Source: Candidatus Omnitrophota bacterium (lineage in GTDB: Bacteria; Omnitrophota; Gorgyraeia; Zapsychrales; Fredricksoniimonadaceae). From it: a stretch of 64,000 nt of DNA. Positions 41,680 through 51,268 of the stretch are shown here, piece after piece; position 1 is the first letter of the stretch; every line of letters begins with the position of its first letter. The stretch is from assembly GCA_903908245.1 (NCBI GenBank), contig CAIVRE010000002.1, forward strand, positions 90,761-154,760, read 5' to 3'. Below the pieces are notes generated by a model. That model saw only the letters and a program-made list of their open reading frames with translations. It did no database searches and had not been told where the DNA came from. The translations under genes were made by a program, and so were the position numbers.

Positions 41680-42906
41680 TCAAAAAGCGGTCCAAGGAAT
41701 AGCATAAATATTCGTCGCCACTGAGTAGGTCTTGCGCCCGCCATAAACAATGATCCCCTTGCCTGCTTCCGGATGGGCCGCGAGGAACTCCCGCATTGAC
41801 CGGGTATCTTTGAAATTAATTTCATTCGATGATTTCACCTCAACCCCAATAACCTGGCCGCTGGAACGGATCACAAAATCAACCTCAGCCGCTCCATTCT
41901 TTGGCCTCCAATAAAACAATTCCGGCGTGATCATCTGCAGGGAAGCCCAGGACATTATCTGTTGAAGGACAAAATTCTCAAAATAACGCCCTTTGATCTC
42001 GGTTTTACCCAAACCGCGGGAAGAATGGATCCCCGCGAGAAAACACGCCACCCCTGAATCAAACCAATAATATTTAGCCTGCTTATACGCCCTCTCCCCC
42101 TTAACGGAATATCCCTTTAATTCATACAATAAATTGGTATCCTTCAGAAGACTCATATATCTGCTGACATTTGTCCTGGTTTCGCCGCAAAACTTCGACA
42201 ATTCCTCCTGCACGCTCTCCCAGCCAGTCGCCTGAGCCAAAGCCTCCATTAATCGGCGAAAATGCTCGGGATGCCGTATCCTTACCAGATCCTGAATATC
42301 CCGTTGAATAAAAGTATCCACATAGCTGTTCATCCTCTCCAACGCGATCTTGTCGTTCCTGGCCAATACAACACCCGGCAGGCAACCCCGCCATACAACT
42401 TGCGGCATATTACCATCCGAAGATGCATCCCCCGGCTTGGCCTCTTTGCCTTCCCATATCTGATCAAATACACCCGCCGTCAACGTCGGATTTAATTCTC
42501 TCGATGAAAAACCCGTTAAATGCAAATATTTTGCCCGTCCGGCCAAAGTTTCCCGGGGAGCCTGGCGTAATGAAATATTCCCGGAGCCTGATAGAACAAA
42601 TTTCCGCTGACGATCAGACTTATCAACAAAATATTTTACTGTCACCAATAATTCGGGAGATCTTTGGATCTCGTCAATAATGGTCGGCCTGTCCTGCGAA
42701 AGCAATCCCTTGGGGTCTTCCTTGGCTTGCGCCAGGACATCCGCGTCATCCAGGGTCAAATATCGCCAATCCTTTAAAAAGCCCGCTTGCTCCAGAAGCG
42801 TGCTCTTGCCAACCTGCCTTGGCCCTGTCAGAATGACCACCGGATGCGAATGAAAAGCCTCCGCGATCCGCGCCTCCATCCGACGTGAAATATACTTCAT
42901 ACGCAA
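41680..42906 (-). CDS. AAA ATPase with C-terminal DUF4143/PD-(D/E)xK-type domain (copy 3)
   Basis: GPRQVGKS, IIDEIQR, SGSG, ETLAGR, KYYWFDSG, YWR...EVDFVI...VEVKSS. Confidence 0.9.
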   Translation of the reverse strand: MRMKYISRRMEARIAEAFHSHPVVILTGPRQVGKSTLLEQAGFLKDWRYLTLDDADVLAQAKEDPKGLLSQDRPTIIDEIQRSPELLVTVKYFVDKSDRQRKFVLSGSGNISLRQAPRETLAGRAKYLHLTGFSSRELNPTLTAGVFDQIWEGKEAKPGDASSDGNMPQVVWRGCLPGVVLARNDKIALERMNSYVDTFIQRDIQDLVRIRHPEHFRRLMEALAQATGWESVQEELSKFCGETRTNVSRYMSLLKDTNLLYELKGYSVKGERAYKQAKYYWFDSGVACFLAGIHSSRGLGKTEIKGRYFENFVLQQIMSWASLQMITPELFYWRPKNGAAEVDFVIRSSGQVIGVEVKSSNEINFKDTRSMREFLAAHPEAGKGIIVYGGRKTYSVATNIYAIPWTAF

Positions 42907-42975
42907 ATCTCCTTATACAAGCAGCGGGCGGACCTTGTGTCCGCCTTGCACCATTACACAAGAGCATACCATAGA

Positions 42976-43040
42976 ATTATGCACAAAAGAACAATATATT
43001 ATGCACAAGTTGACACGATATTATGCACAAATCGACACGG
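42976..43040. repeat. Three 22-bp-period direct repeats (iteron/operator-like) upstream of AAA copy 3
   Basis: ATTATGCACAA starts at 42976, 42998 and 43020; copies 2 and 3 also share GACACG. An extended -10 TGGTATGCT (minus strand) is adjacent. Confidence 0.85.
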
Positions 43041-43041
43041 A

Positions 43042-44151
43042 TCATGCCTCGTCATCTATTTTCAAAAAGACATCTGACATCATCTTGCCATAAACGCCCA
43101 GTGAATAACATTGCTCAAAGCGCGCCCGGTTGGCCTGGCCCATCTTCCGCCGGCGGCCTTCATCCGTAACCAGAGCGAGGACATTGGACGCCAATGCGCA
43201 GGCATCGCCTTTTGCGAACAAAAGCCCATGATCCGCATCGGGCAATATCTCGGGGATCGTGCCCTCTCTTGAGGCCACGATCGACACCCCCTCGGCCATG
43301 GCATGAAGAAGCACCAGCCCGAAAACGTCTCTCATCGTTGGAAAAATAAAAATATCCGCCGAACGGAATATCGCCGTCCGTTCACGGCTCTGATCGATAT
43401 AACCCAGATAACTCACCCTGCCCGGAAATTCTTTCTGCAGCGTTTCAAGGCGCACCGCAACAGCATCATCCTCGATCGGCCCGGCGAAAGTCAGGCGGAC
43501 ATCCCTGTGCCCTTTAAGGATCAATGGCACCGCATCAAATGCCACAAAAATACCCTTATCCCGGCTTAAATGCGAAAAATAAAGGATATTAACACCGCCC
43601 ACAGCCCGCTGATCGCCTAAAACAACCGACTTTGTATCTTCCGCCGTGCCTGGGACAACAAAGAGTTTCCCCGGCGCCATCAGCCCGTCATAACGCGGCT
43701 TCACAGCCTCGCCCATAACAATGCTCGCGGCCGCGTGTTTGAGCATCCATCGTAACATCGCCTGCTGCCACCCGGGCAAAGCATCGTAAAGCTCACGCAC
43801 ATACTGGCCATGATCATGGATCACAACCTTTTTACCCAAAAGGATCCCTGTGGCACAAAACAAAAAATCTTTCAGGAAAGGCATCTTGTAAAAACTGATA
43901 TTGTAGAGGACATACTGCGGACGATGCAACGCCAGCCGCCAAAGGTACTGGCTAAAATACTTCACCAATTTAAAAAGCTTTCCGCCGGTAACCTTCTTGT
44001 TTGTCTCATAAGACCAGAAATGCATGTCCAGGAATATAACGTCAAGGGCTTCGACGAAGGACGAGCGCATGAGCATTTCATAAAGCATGCTGTGACCGAA
44101 ATACGGCGGCGGAAGGACTCCGCAAACAAGAACGCGCACTCTTGGACTCAT
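43042..44151 (-). CDS. GT4 glycosyltransferase
   Basis: GVLPPPYFG, SHLSRDKG, ADIFIFPT...FGLVLLHAMA.G. Confidence 0.88.
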   Translation of the reverse strand: MSPRVRVLVCGVLPPPYFGHSMLYEMLMRSSFVEALDVIFLDMHFWSYETNKKVTGGKLFKLVKYFSQYLWRLALHRPQYVLYNISFYKMPFLKDFLFCATGILLGKKVVIHDHGQYVRELYDALPGWQQAMLRWMLKHAAASIVMGEAVKPRYDGLMAPGKLFVVPGTAEDTKSVVLGDQRAVGGVNILYFSHLSRDKGIFVAFDAVPLILKGHRDVRLTFAGPIEDDAVAVRLETLQKEFPGRVSYLGYIDQSRERTAIFRSADIFIFPTMRDVFGLVLLHAMAEGVSIVASREGTIPEILPDADHGLLFAKGDACALASNVLALVTDEGRRRKMGQANRARFEQCYSLGVYGKMMSDVFLKIDDEA

Positions 44152-44276
44152 TTTAACGCCTTCTCCATCAAAAGAACATTATGAAACCACGGTATTTTTG
44201 CAGCAGGCTGCTGCAAAATCAGAGTCAGATCTTGCGACTTCCTTATTTCGCTCATATCGGATACCTTAAACTCATT

Positions 44277-46262
44277 TTATCGACTCGCTCCAACAACTGA
44301 GTAAAGCTCCCAGCCGGTATCGGGCGTGGTCAGGACATGGACAGGGAAATAACGCATCAGCGCAACCCTAAGCGAAGGCCCATTCTCCCGAAGCATTCCC
44401 GGATTAATAAGAATATACTTCCCTTCCCCGCACCAGGGATCGCTGGAATCAAAATTCTTGATATGTATCCGCCCGTCGAAGATGGCATGTAAGACACCGC
44501 TATAAGTGACAACATAAACAAGCGGCCGCGCGTCTCTATCCAAAAAGAAACGATTGAGCGTCCGCACTTCCTGAAAGGTCGGAAGGTTTTGCTCCCTGTT
44601 ATCTTCTCTGTTCTTCACAAATTCAGCTGCGGCATGATACCGCTGTTCAGACGTTATTAAAAACAACCCCCAATAACGCTTTTCAAACCACCACACCTGA
44701 AACAATAAAGAAAGCATCAGGCTGATAATAACCCATACGCGCACAAGCTTCTGTATACCCGAGCGAACACGATCAGAAGAAGGCACCTCCATGTCGGCCA
44801 TCAATGCCATGGCCAGGATCATCAACGTGCTTGAAGCAAGGAACACGCGGCTGTAATGCAATCCCAAACTCCAGGACACCAGCTGAAATATAAATAACCC
44901 TGCGATCAGATCAAGGGCTTTGTTCGAACCGCGAAAGAAGGGCCAAAAGAAAACCCCCAAGATAAACGGGAACGGCCATCCCATTGACGTTGTTCGCATA
45001 GCAGCCATCGGCAGGCAATTCAAAAACGGCAAGGCCTTGGCCAGCAACTCCAAACCGACACCCAAGGCAAAAACCAGGTAAACCTGCAGGACAACCGGCG
45101 GAAAGCCCACAATATTCCAGTTTGCCCTGAACCATTCCATGGTAAAAGTAGAAACATAAGTCCCGTTCTGGAACGGCCAAAAAGGTTTGGTAGGATAAAT
45201 AGGATTGCCATAGATCACAATATTCGCCCAGCATCCAGACGCGGATATGAACATCAAAAAACAGAACAACGCAAAGACAACTGCAAATGCCGCCCAAGGG
45301 CGCCGAAGAAACTTGTTCAAAAAGAACCACCCGCAGCCAGCGCACAACACCATGACAATGATCCCTGAAAACCGATTCCCGAACGCGAACGCCGCACCGG
45401 CCAAGGCAAAGACGGACAAATAAGCCGCGGCCCGCAACGATCCTTGCGACTCCGTATCCTTCCAATAGATCACGAACGCCATCGCAACCGCCAATAACGC
45501 CGCCAGTTCAAACATCATCACAACCGCATCAACCTTTGTTGATACTGCCAGATAAGATAACTCGGGGATAGACAAAAAACCGGCGACAGCCGTCAGCGAC
45601 CAGAAACGACGCGCGCCAACAAGCCTCAAAAAAGAAAAGACACCAAATCCGCAGAACACAAAATTCAACAAACGGGCAAAACGCACCAGCCAGGTATCAT
45701 TGACCAGGCCATAAAGCATGGCATCCCAGCTTTGTACCATGAAAGAACTTCCATAACACTGCGGGCCTTTTTCATGCAACATGTCCTGCAATGTCCGCCC
45801 TGACGACATAAGCTTTGAGAAATACCCATACGCCACGATCTCATCCCGGTCCGACCACGGGATCGTCACCCGGTAAAAGTACATTGCCAACACCAAGGCA
45901 ATGAACAAAAGAACGAACTTTTCTGCCCGACTCAACCGAACGGTCAGACGCTTCCTGAACTGCCCAAAATCCGCAAGAACAGGCCACGCCCATATCAGCG
46001 CAACAAGACCCAACACCCCGTTGACGGCCTGGCAATAAGCCCAAGGCAAACTGCTCGTAAAACCCCACACAGGGACCATCGACATTACGCCACAACTCAG
46101 CGCCCATGCCAGGAAACATAAGAACAAAGACGCATAAAATACCCCGTTCTTCTGAGTGCCGGCATAAAGCCTTAAAGGCTTACCTACAGCATCATTGATC
46201 ACTTTCAGCGTGGCTAAATAAAAACCCGCCAAAGCGAAAATAACGGAAAACCATCCCAACAT
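44277..46262 (-). CDS. Large polytopic membrane protein, putative GT-C glycosyltransferase
   Basis: PWSDRDEIVAY, KVD, YGNPIYP; more than 12 TM helices; RBS GGGAGAG before ATG 46262. Confidence 0.55.
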   Translation of the reverse strand: MLGWFSVIFALAGFYLATLKVINDAVGKPLRLYAGTQKNGVFYASLFLCFLAWALSCGVMSMVPVWGFTSSLPWAYCQAVNGVLGLVALIWAWPVLADFGQFRKRLTVRLSRAEKFVLLFIALVLAMYFYRVTIPWSDRDEIVAYGYFSKLMSSGRTLQDMLHEKGPQCYGSSFMVQSWDAMLYGLVNDTWLVRFARLLNFVFCGFGVFSFLRLVGARRFWSLTAVAGFLSIPELSYLAVSTKVDAVVMMFELAALLAVAMAFVIYWKDTESQGSLRAAAYLSVFALAGAAFAFGNRFSGIIVMVLCAGCGWFFLNKFLRRPWAAFAVVFALFCFLMFISASGCWANIVIYGNPIYPTKPFWPFQNGTYVSTFTMEWFRANWNIVGFPPVVLQVYLVFALGVGLELLAKALPFLNCLPMAAMRTTSMGWPFPFILGVFFWPFFRGSNKALDLIAGLFIFQLVSWSLGLHYSRVFLASSTLMILAMALMADMEVPSSDRVRSGIQKLVRVWVIISLMLSLLFQVWWFEKRYWGLFLITSEQRYHAAAEFVKNREDNREQNLPTFQEVRTLNRFFLDRDARPLVYVVTYSGVLHAIFDGRIHIKNFDSSDPWCGEGKYILINPGMLRENGPSLRVALMRYFPVHVLTTPDTGWELYSVVGASR

Positions 46263-46278
46263 GAACACTCTCCCAATA

Positions 46279-47943
46279 TCAAAATTTACGGGCGACAATG
46301 ATCGTTTGCGTCAAAAACACAGGCCAAACAACCTCCCGGTAAAGGATCTCTCCGTGCCGGTCGACCAAACGCACAACCTCTTCGGCTCTTAACGGACGCT
46401 CGTCATTGAAGATCCAAAGCCCGAGCAACACCGACCAGAACCGGGTAAAATGATAAAGCCACGTCGATGTGGGGAATGTCAACAACACATGGCCGCCCGA
46501 CTTTACCACATCAAAATGCGACTTCACCGCCGCCATCGTCCCTTCAGGCGAGAAATGTTCTATCAACCCGGCACTGAAAGCAATATCCATCCCACCGGGC
46601 ATATCCAGGTTCAGGATGTCCTTGTTATATAAACGAACATTGCCCACGCCTTGCACTCTTTGGCGTAACTTTTCCAATCCTGTCTCGTTATTATCCACAA
46701 TGTGATACTCTCCAGGCCGTATCTCTTTGAGGATCCCATCTAAAAAACAACTATTAGCCCCGCCCAACTCCATAAGTTTCGATCCACGCCCTTCATCCTT
46801 TACATACGTCTTGATATTGCCCAGAATACGTTGTTCCATGATCTTGCGGGTCATCCTGGCCGAAGCAAAAGGTTTTTGATAATAAAGGTCCCAATCCGTC
46901 TTTTCATAACGATTGTCCGATACAAAAATAAAGTCGCGCTGGATCAGGAAATTCAAAAGGAAAAGGCCCATCTCAACAATGATCTTGGCCAGGAAAACAT
47001 TGAAACCAAAGCCCTGCACCAAGACCATAATGGCCGCACAGGAAATGCCCCCCAACAAAAGAACAAGAAGAAAATATTTGCTTAAAACCCGGTAATCTTT
47101 CTCTGTCGAATAAAAAACCCTGGTCTTGATCAGCCGGTAATTCACCGCCATGGCTGAAACACGGGATACCGCGATACTTAACGCAACCTGGGAACACACG
47201 CCATACACCAGCATAAAAACGATAAGATCGATCAGTGCGGTAAGGACAGAGACAAGAAAGAACCTGAAGAAAACAAACCCTATCTTCATGGAATCAAGGA
47301 CAGGATTAAAACGGGATCGTAAAGTGATATCACTGACCAAGGCGATCGAAACACGCCTGACGGGAATATTGTTGTATTTACACAACAAAATAAGATCCAT
47401 ATCGAATTCATAATAATTGGACCGGATCTTTAAACATAACGGGATGAACGACCGCGGGATAGCCCTCATGCCCGTTGTAACATCCTGCAGATCAGCCCCA
47501 GTGAACGCCCTGAACAAAAAACCAGGGACAACGCCCAAACCTCCCGACAAAGAAGGTTTGTTTTCCAAAGGCCGGCCCACTCCCTGAACAAGGCTATTCG
47601 GCGACATTTCCAGTTCACGCGCCAAAGCCAAGGCATCTTCAAAGCGATGCTGTCCGTTGGCGTGCATTACGACAGCCCCCGCGTGCCCCGGATGCTGGCA
47701 ATAAACATAATTAAGGCCCGCCTTGATCGCCGCGCCTTTGCCTGAATTTACCGCGTGTTTTAAAACTGTCAGCCTGGAGTTCTTTGCAAACGGGGAGAGC
47801 ATGTCGTCATAAATACTGCCGGACCCATCATCCACCACAACAACCGCGGCGATATCCGACTTTAGCAAGGAATCCAGAAGAGAAAAAAACCGTTCCCGGT
47901 GGGGTAAATTATAAAACGGGATCACGACAGAAACATTTAACAT
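46279..47943 (-). CDS. Fusion of a GT2 domain, a GtrA-like flippase domain and a class I SAM methyltransferase
   Basis: VVDDGS, NSGKGAAIK, SRFNPVLDS, a four-TM GtrA segment ending NFLIQRDFIF, then MELGGANS...GLIEHF. Confidence 0.8.
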   Translation of the reverse strand: MLNVSVVIPFYNLPHRERFFSLLDSLLKSDIAAVVVVDDGSGSIYDDMLSPFAKNSRLTVLKHAVNSGKGAAIKAGLNYVYCQHPGHAGAVVMHANGQHRFEDALALARELEMSPNSLVQGVGRPLENKPSLSGGLGVVPGFLFRAFTGADLQDVTTGMRAIPRSFIPLCLKIRSNYYEFDMDLILLCKYNNIPVRRVSIALVSDITLRSRFNPVLDSMKIGFVFFRFFLVSVLTALIDLIVFMLVYGVCSQVALSIAVSRVSAMAVNYRLIKTRVFYSTEKDYRVLSKYFLLVLLLGGISCAAIMVLVQGFGFNVFLAKIIVEMGLFLLNFLIQRDFIFVSDNRYEKTDWDLYYQKPFASARMTRKIMEQRILGNIKTYVKDEGRGSKLMELGGANSCFLDGILKEIRPGEYHIVDNNETGLEKLRQRVQGVGNVRLYNKDILNLDMPGGMDIAFSAGLIEHFSPEGTMAAVKSHFDVVKSGGHVLLTFPTSTWLYHFTRFWSVLLGLWIFNDERPLRAEEVVRLVDRHGEILYREVVWPVFLTQTIIVARKF

Positions 47944-49508
47944 TGCTCGCCTTTATTACGCGCGCTCAATTGATGGGAATACGCCCAGGCAACACCAAAC
48001 ACAGCCCAGAACGGGACTGCATTATAGGGTAATTCCAAAATGACCCCGAACTGCGCATTCACGATCCAGAAGATCAAAACACTCACCAACAACCCGCCTT
48101 GCCAGGAACGCGCCCGCAAGAAAGCCTGCACCATCCTGACAAGAGAGAAAACAAGGAAACCGATCATAGCCACTCCAACGATCCCGCCACGGTATATAAA
48201 ATACAAGAACGAATTATGCGGCATGATCCACCCATCCCTGGACCACTCTCCGTATGCGATTCGCGCTATCTCGATCGAGGTCGATCTAAGCGGCTTACCA
48301 AAACTGAAGCCAAACAAAGGCCGTTCTTGCAACAATTCCTTAAGCATATCCCGCCAAATAAATAACCGGAATACCGCGTTACCATAAGCAGGAGCTAATG
48401 CACGCAATGACCGGGGTGAATGCTTCTGAACATCAGGCGTTTCATTTTGACAAACCTTTTCACAAGAAGGCTCTCCTGAAGGGGTTATTACAAGCTTAGG
48501 AGAAGACATCTGATGTGAGGATTGCGTCATATCAGGAGCACTGGCCAGGGGAACAGGCTCACACTCTACTTCTTTTAACGGAGCTACCACCGAAACGGCT
48601 ACTGGAGGAACCAACAAAGCGTCCCCCGGCTGTTCTTCTTTGTGGTAGATCTGCGCCTGCAGCTTTAGAGGAACAAAACTATTTCTTTGTCGTTTAATAA
48701 TCTGATCATTTTCGCGATATGAATTAATGATACGCCCTGGCGTGATCATCGAGGTCGCCGCATTGCGATCTCCCCATATCCATAAACTCATGCCAAAAAG
48801 TATCCCTATGATCGAAATAAGAAGCAACTGCCGTAATAAAGAAAACCCCATAATCCTGGTGGCGTACCAGACAAGGAAAACAATGCCGGCAACAACGCCC
48901 AACAGACACCCACGCCCGTTATTTAATGTCACAAACCGGAACAAAAAAAGACAAACAAAGAATCCAACAAACCCCCACCGTAACCCACCATGAGATATAC
49001 CGAATGCAACACATAACGCCAGGATAAGAAAAATATACTGCAAGCTCACGTTCGGGAACACAACGAATATCACAGCAAGAAAAATAGCACTGAACAAACC
49101 CAACCCTTTGTGATAACCGATCTTCACCTTCCCCAAAAAGTGCTCCACAAGGATCGCAAAAACCGGATAATAAAACAACGCCGCATTGCGCAGCGCATAC
49201 GGTCCTCCGCTTATATACCCTTGCGCAGTCTTAACCATCACCCAGGTAAAATAAACCAAAACCCACAAACGCCAACCGCGCTCTGCGCGCCAGTCAACAG
49301 GATCAATAAAAAGATGCGCGATCAAAACGATCACACAAAAGATCATCAGCAGTTCGCCGACAAAGACAGGAAAATCAAGGAAAGACAACTGAACACTGAT
49401 CTCCGCGAAACGGGAACCGGCCACGGCATAAAGCAAAGTCACTAATGCCACCAGCCCAAGGCATAAATAACTTGATACCCTGATGAACATTGAAGATCTT
49501 TGCGTCAT
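47937..49508 (-). CDS. O-antigen ligase/polymerase family protein with a large loop insertion
   Basis: NNGRGCLL, FRLFIW, PLFGFSFG, PHNSFL...RGGIVG; Pro/Ser-rich insert. Confidence 0.7.
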   Translation of the reverse strand: MTQRSSMFIRVSSYLCLGLVALVTLLYAVAGSRFAEISVQLSFLDFPVFVGELLMIFCVIVLIAHLFIDPVDWRAERGWRLWVLVYFTWVMVKTAQGYISGGPYALRNAALFYYPVFAILVEHFLGKVKIGYHKGLGLFSAIFLAVIFVVFPNVSLQYIFLILALCVAFGISHGGLRWGFVGFFVCLFLFRFVTLNNGRGCLLGVVAGIVFLVWYATRIMGFSLLRQLLLISIIGILFGMSLWIWGDRNAATSMITPGRIINSYRENDQIIKRQRNSFVPLKLQAQIYHKEEQPGDALLVPPVAVSVVAPLKEVECEPVPLASAPDMTQSSHQMSSPKLVITPSGEPSCEKVCQNETPDVQKHSPRSLRALAPAYGNAVFRLFIWRDMLKELLQERPLFGFSFGKPLRSTSIEIARIAYGEWSRDGWIMPHNSFLYFIYRGGIVGVAMIGFLVFSLVRMVQAFLRARSWQGGLLVSVLIFWIVNAQFGVILELPYNAVPFWAVFGVAWAYSHQLSARNKGEQC

Positions 49509-50308
49509 GCCCAATAAGCTCCATGAACAAGCTTCAATAAAGAACGCTCAACACGCGCGATCACCATAAAACAATAACGAAAGGATGCCCGCAATGATCC
49601 GGGCAAACCACGCAAGAACCGATCGTGCTCAAGCAAGGCCCGCTCCATTTCTTCTTTCTGACGCCCGGACTGTTTCTGACTTTTAGCATCCGTATGCCAT
49701 CGAAAATCCGCAAGCATCTCCGTAATGTGTTGAAACCGATAACCCCGCAAAGCAAGCCGGAGAAAAAGATCATAATCCATCGCATAATGATAACCGATGT
49801 CGAGAAAATTACCATCATCGAATACCCGGCGCTTGAAAAAAGTCGTTGTGCTGGGAATATATAGAATATGCAAATATTTCAGCATGAACATATCAAAGGC
49901 GAGCTCTTTACGCAAACGAATAAGCCTGCCCTTAAGATCAACAAGCCGGTAATCCCCATAAACAACATCAGCCTCGCCATATTCGTTGAATGCCAGCGAA
50001 ACCTTCCCAAAACACCCGGGAAGATACTTGTCATCCGCGTTCAACCAACCGACAATATCCCCCGTAGCCGCCTTGAACCCTTTATTAAGCGCGTCGCTCT
50101 GCCCCTGATCCGGCTCACAAATGACCTTCAAGTGCGGATAGCGGGCCAGCACTGAAGCTGTCGTATCCGTCGAACAATTATCCACAATAATATGCTCAAG
50201 ATCCGAATATCCTTGAGACAACACACTCTTTATCGCTTCTTCAATGAATATTCCCTGGTTAAACGAGGGGGTAACGATAGAGATCTTTAAAGAAGACAGT
50301 ACCGGCAT
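49505..50308 (-). CDS. GT2 glycosyltransferase (WcaE-like)
   Basis: SIVTPSFNQ, DQGQSDALNKG, WLNADD, AMDYDL. Confidence 0.9.
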   Translation of the reverse strand: MPVLSSLKISIVTPSFNQGIFIEEAIKSVLSQGYSDLEHIIVDNCSTDTTASVLARYPHLKVICEPDQGQSDALNKGFKAATGDIVGWLNADDKYLPGCFGKVSLAFNEYGEADVVYGDYRLVDLKGRLIRLRKELAFDMFMLKYLHILYIPSTTTFFKRRVFDDGNFLDIGYHYAMDYDLFLRLALRGYRFQHITEMLADFRWHTDAKSQKQSGRQKEEMERALLEHDRFLRGLPGSLRASFRYCFMVIARVERSLLKLVHGAYWA

Positions 50309-50312
50309 AAAT

Positions 50313-51266
50313 TCAACTGACTCGCTGATAACGGATCAACTTCTTCACAAAAGCCTTACAGCTCTTTTGAAAAGGGTATAAGAGACGCATCATATCCGAA
50401 GAGGCCTTCCCCATGAACGACCCACCCGTATAATAATGGGGCATATATCCTTTTGCGTCACCCTGAAAATGCAAAGCATGCGCCCGAATAGTCACGCCAT
50501 CACGGCCGCTTTTGAACAACAAGGGTTTTCTATTCGCGAATCTTACCTTCTTCATCCCGTCTGTCACTGTATATTCATCCGGCTCGTACGCCGACGCCGA
50601 ATTAATATTGTTATTAAAAACACTGCCTTCACGATCCACGGCCAGATTTAAAACACTCGAAATATTCTCCCGACAGAAAAGATACAGAACCGTCATGTCG
50701 CAGATCCCGCCAGACATTCCTGTCGCCATATAATCTTTCCAGAAACCCTTTAATTTATTTAAATACTTCGGGATGGAATAACATTGAAGGATAAAGTCAC
50801 AAAACTTCTCCAGCCATTCCCGCGTCCAAAAACTTATATGAGCAGACGCTGCGCCAGACTCCTCCTGCTGCCGTGGAATAAAGCAAGCACACCCGCGCTT
50901 GTCCCGGCCATAAACCCCCATGATCTCCGGCATTGAACTGTACAACAACACATCGGAATCGAGGCACATAACGGATCGAACACCCTCGGACCTCATGTAC
51001 TCCAATAAATAAAACCATCTTAGAAAACAAACCGACTCAAACTCTTCCGAAAGAGTGCTCATATGAACATACGCCTGTTGGAACCTTGCCGCATCAGCAC
51101 CGCTCAACTTGTCCAGAGCAGCATATCCGATACCCTCATATCCACCGGAATCTCCCAATAAAACCACATCCGAATCAGGGCTACTATGCTTAGCCTGATA
51201 TAAAGCGTAAGGCAAATACCAGCTGCGGCCCCGATGAACAAATACAATTTTTGTGTCCAGATCCAT
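50313..51266 (-). CDS. GT-A-fold glycosyltransferase-like protein
   Basis: CFLRWF, LDSDV (DxD), CDMT, LHFQG; glycan locus context. Confidence 0.55.
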   Translation of the reverse strand: MDLDTKIVFVHRGRSWYLPYALYQAKHSSPDSDVVLLGDSGGYEGIGYAALDKLSGADAARFQQAYVHMSTLSEEFESVCFLRWFYLLEYMRSEGVRSVMCLDSDVLLYSSMPEIMGVYGRDKRGCACFIPRQQEESGAASAHISFWTREWLEKFCDFILQCYSIPKYLNKLKGFWKDYMATGMSGGICDMTVLYLFCRENISSVLNLAVDREGSVFNNNINSASAYEPDEYTVTDGMKKVRFANRKPLLFKSGRDGVTIRAHALHFQGDAKGYMPHYYTGGSFMGKASSDMMRLLYPFQKSCKAFVKKLIRYQRVS

Positions 51267-51268
51267 TC

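Noticed and set aside
42976-43040. 22-bp repeats as a mini-CRISPR or plasmid origin
   Set aside because: No unique spacers of CRISPR length, no rep gene, and a chromosomal operon context; kept as an operator-like array.
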